Shown: positions 27,666 to 34,956 of the stretch, piece by piece | Layout of the letters: each line of letters starts with the position of its first letter | How positions within the stretch are numbered: the first letter of the stretch is position 1 | IMG/VR virus record: IMGVR_UViG_3300038415_000126 | Coordinates: 1-64,000 of that record | Length of the DNA: 64,000 bases | Strand: one strand, 5' to 3' | Origin: a virus | Translations under genes and position numbers: made by a program | The notes under the pieces: model-generated | The model's database searches: none | Seen by the model: only the letters and a program-made list of their open reading frames with translations | Told to the model about the DNA's origin: nothing

Positions 27666-29639
27666 ATGCGTATGCCTAGTACAAAGCCAAAAGCTGAAGT
27701 AGACCCCGTTGTAGCCGCCACTTCACTATGGTTAGTTGAGGAACTCAGGAATCGAGGGGTTGAAAAGCCTTATGTCAACAAGACCTCTAAGGGGTGGCAG
27801 GTCAAGGATGGGAACAAGCTCATTGGTCGCCCTCGCTCTGAATGGATGGATGAGCGATCACAAGACGCTATTGAGTGTTGTTTCCGTATCCCAGGATCAG
27901 TGACAATCGAACTCGAACCTTGGAGCTGGCATGCTAAAACAGAGGGCGAAGCCGCTGAAGGTCAGCAAGTAGCCCACCAGAAATGGGTGAAGAAGCACAA
28001 GAAAAAGAAGCCTAAGAAGGGCGCAGAGGCGACAGCTACTCAAGATGAAGCCAAGCTCAAGGAGGAGCCGGTAGATCACTACCCAGAACTATTCGAGGTG
28101 ATCCAGCTGGTCACTAAAGGGCAACGAGCTGTAGTCAGATCACTCCTCAAAGAGGAAGGTAGAGAGCCATACCCAGTTTTGGCTGAGGCTATTGGCGCTA
28201 CGGTAGAGCGCGTCCAACTCAAGACCTCGAAGGGCAAGAAGGCGAAAGAGGGTGCTACTCGTAACAAGTTAAGTGACAACCCTCTTTCGGGGAGCTTGAC
28301 CGCTTTTGCTTCTAAACAAGCCTCAGATAAGATGAGGACCTGGCTTAAGAAAGAGGCGGAACAATCTCCACCTTGGTTCAAGGCTAAGAGCCTCCCATTA
28401 CCTAGAGAGTGCTTTGACTTAGTGCTATGCGGACGCGATCTCGATGTAATCCTTACTCTACGAGCAGCTGTCAATGGTCGGTCACCCCACTTGACAGGAA
28501 AAGCTGTTGCAAGAGGCAACTCTCAATGGTCAACCCTTCACAAGATCCTGAAGCCGGGAAGTGAGTACACGATAGGGGGTGCTCGCCTGGTATGGGATGA
28601 TGACCGTTATCGGTTCCAACTTAAGGTGTCCTACTCCTACCCAAGACCAAGCACAAAAGAAGGCGTGGACACTCTTGTAGTCTGCCCTGGTCTGGATTCA
28701 ATCCTACGCCTGTGGGCTAGTAGTGGTCGCGGTGTTGGTAGGGTAGACGACAGCAAGTCTTACTTTGCTCATCGGCTTCAATTCGAAGGTCGGCGGACAC
28801 CTCATAAGCCCACAGCCAAGTCATTGAAACAGCTCAAGGCGTTAGGGAAAGATCCCAACGAGGTATTTATCTACAATGTGAACCAAGATACCCTTCTTCA
28901 GAAGAAGTTGGCTTTCGACGCCAGACGGGGTAGTATGGCTCAACACCTGAACCATCAAGGACGTGGGGCTCGTGGCCACGGTCGAAATCGATTTTTGAGG
29001 ATTAAAACGGAGGTCTCAGAAAAGGAGGCCTTGTTCACCAAGAGCTATTGTGAGCAACAAGCGTCGAGAGTTGCCAAGGTGGCGAGCGGGATGATCTTGA
29101 CTCACGAAGGTTGGGTTCAGAATCGAGAGCCCTATGCTGAGGTGTTACTTCACGATTGGAGCACCCACCTCGCGCATCACCCGGACAAGCGCATTGAGAA
29201 GATCCTAAGACAGTTCCCAAGTGCACTACTCCGTGAGAAGATTATCTGGGCCTTGACCAAGGCTGGAATCAACTACCGAGTACTCAAGGTTGGAACTTCC
29301 CTATGCCCATCTTGCTTGAAAGGGAAGATGGAATTTGACAAGATCTCCGGTAACCACGTTTGCAGCCACGATGACTGTAAACAAGAAGCTCCAAAGGAAT
29401 TCTTGACCGCTTGGGCCACCTTCAGAGCTGGAACGCCGAGCAAGGTGTATGACTACGATGCGGTGAGTGAAAGCTTCCGGAAGGTGATCCGAGACAGCAG
29501 AGCCCGTAAGAATCAAACAACTAACCTGGAAACTTCCGAATCGGAAGCACCTTCAATTGAAGTCCAAGCACCTACCAGAAAGACCACTAGAGATGCAAAC
29601 GCAACTAGAAGAGGTACGTCTCAAGAATCTCATCCGTGA
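27666..29639 (+). CDS. cas12f: Cas12f/TnpB-like type V effector with apparently inactivated RuvC (dCas12f-like)
   Basis: PPWFK..LP; YTIGGARLV...FQLKVSYSYP (WED); GRGARGHGR Cas12f1 hallmark; LREKIIWALTKAGI; CPSC/CxxxxC zinc finger; catalytic positions read C340, H496, E578; adjacent CRISPR array. Confidence 0.85.
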   Translation: MRMPSTKPKAEVDPVVAATSLWLVEELRNRGVEKPYVNKTSKGWQVKDGNKLIGRPRSEWMDERSQDAIECCFRIPGSVTIELEPWSWHAKTEGEAAEGQQVAHQKWVKKHKKKKPKKGAEATATQDEAKLKEEPVDHYPELFEVIQLVTKGQRAVVRSLLKEEGREPYPVLAEAIGATVERVQLKTSKGKKAKEGATRNKLSDNPLSGSLTAFASKQASDKMRTWLKKEAEQSPPWFKAKSLPLPRECFDLVLCGRDLDVILTLRAAVNGRSPHLTGKAVARGNSQWSTLHKILKPGSEYTIGGARLVWDDDRYRFQLKVSYSYPRPSTKEGVDTLVVCPGLDSILRLWASSGRGVGRVDDSKSYFAHRLQFEGRRTPHKPTAKSLKQLKALGKDPNEVFIYNVNQDTLLQKKLAFDARRGSMAQHLNHQGRGARGHGRNRFLRIKTEVSEKEALFTKSYCEQQASRVAKVASGMILTHEGWVQNREPYAEVLLHDWSTHLAHHPDKRIEKILRQFPSALLREKIIWALTKAGINYRVLKVGTSLCPSCLKGKMEFDKISGNHVCSHDDCKQEAPKEFLTAWATFRAGTPSKVYDYDAVSESFRKVIRDSRARKNQTTNLETSESEAPSIEVQAPTRKTTRDANATRRGTSQESHP

Positions 29640-30294
29640 CAGCAAAGCTCCAGAGCTGGTGGAGGGAGAGAGTTGGGCTATAGTCCTAAAGGAGCTAACT
29701 CGCCTAAAGGTAGCTGCTGAGGTCAATGAGGAGTGTATTGTACTCTACCTCTACCAATTGGAGATCGAGGATTCCATTTGGCGGAATGAGTCGGATAGCA
29801 CCAAGTGGAGTTTTGCAACCTTCCTCCGGAAACGTGACATCTACGACCCAACACGATATGGGGACTGCAAGGTAGCTCTCGCACGAACCCCATTGAACGT
29901 GCTGAAGAAGATCGGTCTGAGCGCGGCGGTTCTTGTCACAAAGAAGCTTCAGACGAAGTTCCACACAAAAGGTTTCGACAAGGTAGTTGAGTACATGACT
30001 ACCAACAAGAAGTCCTTCTTGTTGAGGTTGGAGGTTACCCGTCTGATAACCGAAGTTGGGGAAGCCAACCCGGGCTCAATGACGAAGAGGGTAAGGGTAG
30101 ATTCCAGAACTACGGCCAAGGAAGAACTAGTCCAAGCGAACGAGACCATCAAGAAGCTCAAGAAGAGGATTGCGTCCTTGGAGAGTAAGCTCGAAATCTC
30201 TGGGGATAAGAACCGGAAGCTCCAAATTCTGGTTGATGGGTTTAGGTCGGCTAGACGAAGTGGTCCTAAGAAGAGTGGTTCGAGAGCTGCCTAG
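29593..30294 (+). CDS. Unknown basic helical protein with C-terminal coiled coil, overlapping the cas12f-like 3' end
   Basis: ATG at 29593 (the track starts at TTG 29557); lies between the effector and the array leader. Confidence 0.75.
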   Translation: MQTQLEEVRLKNLIRDSKAPELVEGESWAIVLKELTRLKVAAEVNEECIVLYLYQLEIEDSIWRNESDSTKWSFATFLRKRDIYDPTRYGDCKVALARTPLNVLKKIGLSAAVLVTKKLQTKFHTKGFDKVVEYMTTNKKSFLLRLEVTRLITEVGEANPGSMTKRVRVDSRTTAKEELVQANETIKKLKKRIASLESKLEISGDKNRKLQILVDGFRSARRSGPKKSGSRAA

Positions 30295-30552
30295 TAACAT
30301 ATCTTGCGAGCGGTTCGGTGATAGACTAGACCCTGTACCCGCTCGCATTTCACTCTCTTCCACTAGAGAGCCTGTTCTCTGAAAATCTAGCATCTGATTC
30401 CCACGTAGTCAGAAGTAACCAGGTGGTTTGTATCACCTATATGGTTCACTGATCTACCGGGAGTCAGGTAGGACTCGTGCTGAGACGGTTATGCAGACCC
30501 TCTCGCATGTAGTATTGTAAGTGTATAGAACCACTGGGGATCTCATACTGAG
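30295..30552 (+). promoter_or_regulatory. CRISPR leader with multiple hairpins and partial anti-repeat
   Basis: Non-coding interval next to the non-degenerate array end; five inverted repeats; GAACCACTGGGG at 30528-39. Confidence 0.6.
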
Positions 30553-31447
30553 GCCTCAGTGGTTCATTGAGTGTATGGGGATTGGAGCTACCCGAGCACG
30601 CCGTCCCACTTGGCCTCAGTGGTTCATTGAGTGTATGGGGATTGGAGCTAGTTAGGACACGATTCGACGGGGTCGGGGCAGACACGCCTCAGTGGTTCAT
30701 TGAGTGTATGGGGATTGGAGCCGCAACAGCACTTGGCAATGGCGGCTTGAACTGTGCCTCAGTGGTTCATTGAGTGTATGGGGATTGGAGCCGGCTGATC
30801 CACCTTACAGGTAGCCTCGGGGCTCCTGAGCCTCAGTGGTTCATTGAGTGTATGGGGATTGGAGCGGGGTTCGAGAGCGCGAGGAACTCGGGAACTCGTA
30901 TCGCCTCAGTGGTTCATTGAGTGTATGGGGATTGGAGCTGGTTGTTCCGCATTATCGGTGCGACCGGGTCAGGCAAGCCTCAGTGGTTCATTGAGTGTAT
31001 GGGGATTGGAGCTGATTGAACAGGACCACCATGATATTAGAGCCAACGCCTCAGTGGTTCATTGAGTGTATGGGGATTGGAGCCAGATGAAATAGGCGAA
31101 TGGCCCCACCGAGGTGAAGCCAGCCTCAGTGGTTCATTGAGTGTATGGGGATTGGAGCGCAACTGGCTAGTGATTTCCTCGTCGCATTCGGGATGCCTCA
31201 GTGGTTCATTGAGTGTATGGGGATTGGAGCTCAACGATGACGATGAGTTTCGCATACGAGTGATCGTGCCTCAGTGGTTCATTGAGTGTATGGGGATTGG
31301 AGCTCCTCCGAAAGTCACCTCGATTGAGAAGGCAATCGTGGCCTCAGTGGTTCATTGAGTGTATGGGGATTGGAGCTCGTACTGTACCCTGCAGACAGCG
31401 ACATCCGTTGGGCCTCAGTGGTTCATTGAGTGTATGGGGATTGGAGC
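30553..31447 (+). CRISPR. CRISPR array A: 13 identical 36-nt repeats GCCTCAGTGGTTCATTGAGTGTATGGGGATTGGAGC, 12 spacers
   Basis: Repeat starts 30553, 30613, 30686, 30756, 30830, 30903, 30977, 31048, 31123, 31195, 31268, 31341, 31412; spacers 34-39 nt except the first (24 nt). Confidence 0.99.
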
Positions 31448-31482
31448 GATACCGTGGGCATCACAATGGAAGTGCTTCGGAC

Positions 31483-32016
31483 GTGAGAACCTAGGATCAA
31501 GTGTATGGGTGTTGGAGGTCAGGGTGGATGGCCGTCGACGCCACTGCCATGTTTCAACCGATGATTGAATGTATGGGTGTTGGAGGGAGGTTGAGCTACG
31601 CGCGTTAGTTCCGTCGCTAGAATCACGCGGGAACCTAGAATCAAATGTATGGGTGTTGGGGAAATGTCGTTGGTCAGCAATGCCCGGAGGTCTGAGACGT
31701 GGAAACCTGTAATAAAGTGTATGGGTGTTGGAGGAATCCACTGTTTGAACCTATTAAAGGCGCAGCGGATGTTACTAAATGGTCGAGTGTATGGGTGTTG
31801 GAGCACGTACAAGAAAGCTTGGACGACGCGGCGTAGAATGTGGGAACCTGGGATCAATTGTGAGCGTTGGAGGGTGATCATGCCTCTGGTCCAACCTCGA
31901 CCTATCAGGGTGGGAACCTAGAATCAAGTGTATGGGTATTGGAGCACCTCCGTCTCAGGAATAGCTGATGAAACTGCGACGTGGGAACCTAGAATCAAAT
32001 GTATGGGTATTGGAGA
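31483..32016 (+). CRISPR. CRISPR array B: 8 divergent repeats, consensus about GTGGGAACCTAGAATCAAGTGTATGGGTGTTGGAGG, in register with array A
   Basis: Repeat starts about 31483, 31551, 31627, 31699, 31769, 31840, 31910, 31981; unique 32-40-nt spacers; joined to array A by a 35-nt spacer. Confidence 0.9.
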
Positions 32017-32071
32017 CGGTCGGCTCCCGGAAGATGTCCGGTGGTAACTCTCTTATACTTGAGGTGCAATA

Positions 32072-32308
32072 GTGTCGAATCTCTTGGTCATCCAGCGTGT
32101 AGCCGCCAGGGCCATCCAGGCAGGTCTTGGACGGGACAAGTGCTTCTACTGTCACGCGCCTCTCTACACGAAGGGTGGCAAGTGCAAGAACTGTGGTGCT
32201 CCTGCAACTCCCATCCAGGACCCGCCGTCACCGGCGGAAGAAAAGAAGGTCCGGGACGATATCAAGCACAAGCCCCGACGGGACTCACCCGCCCAGTTCT
32301 TCAAGTAG
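32072..32308 (+). CDS. Small zinc-ribbon protein with N-terminal RVAAR motif
   Basis: QRVAARA; CFYC...CKNC. Confidence 0.6.
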   Translation: MSNLLVIQRVAARAIQAGLGRDKCFYCHAPLYTKGGKCKNCGAPATPIQDPPSPAEEKKVRDDIKHKPRRDSPAQFFK

Positions 32309-32540
32309 GGTCTTTACCCTTACGCGCCATGTTCTGAAGCTCATGGCGGACGTCTAGGATGTCCAAGGGCTTCTCGGAACGCTCACCTACAGGTTCGGCT
32401 CCGAGAGCTTTGGCGAGGTCAGCAGGGTCAATCATACGCTCCCTGGTGAGCTTCTTTCGAGTGAGTTGATCGACCTCTTCCTTCTCACCAAGCTCTTGAA
32501 AGAGGTCACTGAGAGTTTCATCACTTACATGCTTGGTCAT
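32301..32540 (-). CDS. Hypothetical protein
   Basis: ORF in the minus-strand cluster. Confidence 0.55.
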   Translation of the reverse strand: MTKHVSDETLSDLFQELGEKEEVDQLTRKKLTRERMIDPADLAKALGAEPVGERSEKPLDILDVRHELQNMARKGKDPT

Positions 32541-32544
32541 GTGG

Positions 32545-32796
32545 TTACCATACCTTGACTACGCCACCCTTGATCTCGACGAGCTTGACGATGAGTCCAG
32601 CCCCTTCTAGTGGGGCTGCCTGGTCGAGTACCTCGGTCACGTACGGAGCCAGGTTCTCGTAGCTCAGCTCGAAGTCAGCATTGATTGGTGCTCCTTGGTA
32701 GGTGAGCTCAGGGGAGGTTGACCCGCCACCGAAGGCGAACCTGGCCCCCGTGACATCATTTTTTACCCACCGAAGTGGGGGCATTTCAACTTTCAA
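32545..32796 (-). CDS. Hypothetical protein
   Basis: ORF in the minus-strand cluster. Confidence 0.5.
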   Translation of the reverse strand: MKVEMPPLRWVKNDVTGARFAFGGGSTSPELTYQGAPINADFELSYENLAPYVTEVLDQAAPLEGAGLIVKLVEIKGGVVKVW

Positions 32797-32821
32797 CTTC
32801 GCTTCCTTTCACCCCATGGCG

Positions 32822-33607
32822 CTATCTTGTCAATGGTGCTTGGCATACTAACTCTCTCGAACAGACTGGGCAGTTGAGTGTCTGAGGGCGAAGCTTCAGC
32901 TCTTGGAACGACATGTACCTGGCATCGAAGAGTATCATCCGACCCTCCAGGGACGTCCCGATCCTCAGAAGGTGCTTGAGCACCTCGGTCGCTTGGATCA
33001 TACCGATCATCCCAGGAACAACGCCCAGTACCCCACCAACACCTGGCGGCCTTCCGCTCCCGTGAGTGATGTCCAGGTCTGGGTACAGGCATCGGTAGCA
33101 GGCGCCACCGGGGACAAACTTCGTCACCTGGCCCTCATACCTCGCGACGGCCCCATGGATCCAAGGGATCTTGTACTTCACACAGGCTTCGTTGATGAGG
33201 TATCGGGTAGCCAGGTTGTCACAGGCATCGACGACGATGTCCCACCCAGTCCCAAAGACCCAATCGACTCTTCCATCCGTCAACCGATCTGGATATTCTA
33301 CGACGAGTATCTCTGAATTATGATGACTGACTGCTGCTTCTGCCATCCCAACTTTGAGATGCCCAAGTTGTGTTTCAGAGTAGAGGACTTGCCTGGGGAG
33401 GTTCGAGAGGCTCACCCTGTCATCATCGACGATACCCAGCACCCCAACCCCAGCTCCCGCCAGGTAGAGCGCCACTGGTGACCCGAGTCCGCCAGCGCCC
33501 ACGATGAGGACCTCGCTCTTGAGGAGGCGCTCTTGTCCCGCCTCTCCCACCTCGGGTAACTGAATCTGTCGCTCGTATCGTATTAATTGGTCAGAGGTTA
33601 GGGCCAT
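32822..33607 (-). CDS. ThiF/MoeB/HesA family E1-like adenylyltransferase
   Basis: RYERQI, GQERL, GAGGLGS, DDDRVSLSNLPRQ, DACDN, CYRC and CPVC zinc motifs. Confidence 0.93.
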   Translation of the reverse strand: MALTSDQLIRYERQIQLPEVGEAGQERLLKSEVLIVGAGGLGSPVALYLAGAGVGVLGIVDDDRVSLSNLPRQVLYSETQLGHLKVGMAEAAVSHHNSEILVVEYPDRLTDGRVDWVFGTGWDIVVDACDNLATRYLINEACVKYKIPWIHGAVARYEGQVTKFVPGGACYRCLYPDLDITHGSGRPPGVGGVLGVVPGMIGMIQATEVLKHLLRIGTSLEGRMILFDARYMSFQELKLRPQTLNCPVCSRELVCQAPLTR

Positions 33608-34956
33608 TCCCGGCGAGCATAGCGGGAAACCACGGCTTCTACAATAAGATCATCAGCTAGACGCATAACCGGCTTGTTGTACAGACCGGAAAGTGACAAG
33701 GCTCGTTGCATCCTGAACTTAGCGGTCGGGGTCAGCTTCTCAGGGGCTGCCATGAAGGCAACGAAGGTCTCGGCGAAGTCCTCCTTCTCGTTAGTCTTCC
33801 CATAATCCGAGACTATTTCTAGGTTTTGGAGCTCAGCCTTGTCTTTGGAGACCTTGAGGAGCACGGGATTGTCCAGGCCCATGCGCCTCATGGAAGCGTC
33901 AATCTTCTTCTGCTCAAACTCCCGATCAGAGTCTTTCATGCCAGCCGGACCGTAATCAGGGAAGCGGTCTGGGTGCTTGACCATGAAGAGCACATCTTTC
34001 CCCAAGCGGGTCGGTTTCACTGACTTCCCACTGGGCTCTATGACGGCAGCGCCCAGGCTACACTGACCCAACCAAGTCAGGTATCTAGCCTTGTCGTCAG
34101 GTTCAAGCTCTCCATAGGTAGCCTGCACGTTGTAGCTGTTCGACTTTAGGATCTCGAACAGTCGATGTCGATCCGCTTGATTGACCGTGAGAACACCACC
34201 CTCATCGGACTGAGCTTTCCAACCATTGTCCCATTCTTCTCTGGCTTCAGAAGCAAGATAGCTCAGGTGAATGTAGTGACCAAACTCATGAAGGAAAACC
34301 TCGTTCACCCACGCGATGAATCGTCCCGTACCCTTCCTGATAGTACTACCAGAGAGTGAGATCTGTCTTGTGTTAGATGAGTAGGTCCCAGCAGTATTGT
34401 GGGACATCTCAAGGTCATCATTCGTCGGTACTACCTGAATTGAACTCACACCTTCAGTGAGTAGCTTTTCGCACCCACGCTTCTTGAAGAGCGCATTCAA
34501 GTAGTCGACACCTTCAAGTGTTTCCCGACAGAAGTGGTCTGACATTCGATGTTCGTTGACTACGGAAAATCCACCATAGGTGAACGATGCGGGGGCAACA
34601 CCATTCAAGATGTCCTGAATGCAGGCTCGGTACTTGTCTAGATTCTGCAAGAAATCTTCAAGAGGGGTCTTCCTAGCGAGAACCTCCTCGACCATGTGAT
34701 CCGTCACATAATCATCAGCAAGCCGATCAAGGCGCTCTGGGCAACACACTTTGACCCATTCGACAAAAGGTCTCTTCTTGCTGGGTTTTAGGCCACCCAG
34801 TACCTTGATCCCCTTTTCGTCAAGGGGAGACTTGAGCTTCTTGGCATTCTGATACTTCTTGTTGAAGGCCTCAACTTCTTTGACGGCCGCGTCCCAAAGC
34901 GACACTTCAGCGGTCTTGTATCGGGCTGCTACCCGTAGCGTGATAGGGTCAGTCAT
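33598..34956 (-). CDS. Zincin-like metallopeptidase (HExxH) with N-terminal RVAARY motif
   Basis: LHEFGHYIH; SDYGKTNEKEDFAETF. Confidence 0.8.
   Translation of the reverse strand: MTDPITLRVAARYKTAEVSLWDAAVKEVEAFNKKYQNAKKLKSPLDEKGIKVLGGLKPSKKRPFVEWVKVCCPERLDRLADDYVTDHMVEEVLARKTPLEDFLQNLDKYRACIQDILNGVAPASFTYGGFSVVNEHRMSDHFCRETLEGVDYLNALFKKRGCEKLLTEGVSSIQVVPTNDDLEMSHNTAGTYSSNTRQISLSGSTIRKGTGRFIAWVNEVFLHEFGHYIHLSYLASEAREEWDNGWKAQSDEGGVLTVNQADRHRLFEILKSNSYNVQATYGELEPDDKARYLTWLGQCSLGAAVIEPSGKSVKPTRLGKDVLFMVKHPDRFPDYGPAGMKDSDREFEQKKIDASMRRMGLDNPVLLKVSKDKAELQNLEIVSDYGKTNEKEDFAETFVAFMAAPEKLTPTAKFRMQRALSLSGLYNKPVMRLADDLIVEAVVSRYARREWP

Noticed and set aside
27666-29639. Cas12k/CAST or an active IS605 TnpB element
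   Set aside because: There is no tnsB/tnsC/tniQ or tnpA in the window. The GHGR motif and the array point to a Cas12f-like protein, and the catalytic residues appear lost.
29593-30294. Sigma-factor partner, as in dCas12f activator systems
   Set aside because: No recognisable sigma region 2 or region 4 motifs.
30660-30672. Spacer 2 segment GATTCGACGGGG resembling the tmRNA 5' region
   Set aside because: Only about 12 nt, and the flanks do not match tmRNA.
30464-32155. ORFs overlapping the CRISPR arrays (repeating SVWGLE, PQWFIECMGIG, SNPHTLNEPLR)
   Set aside because: They are translations of stop-free repeats, not genes.
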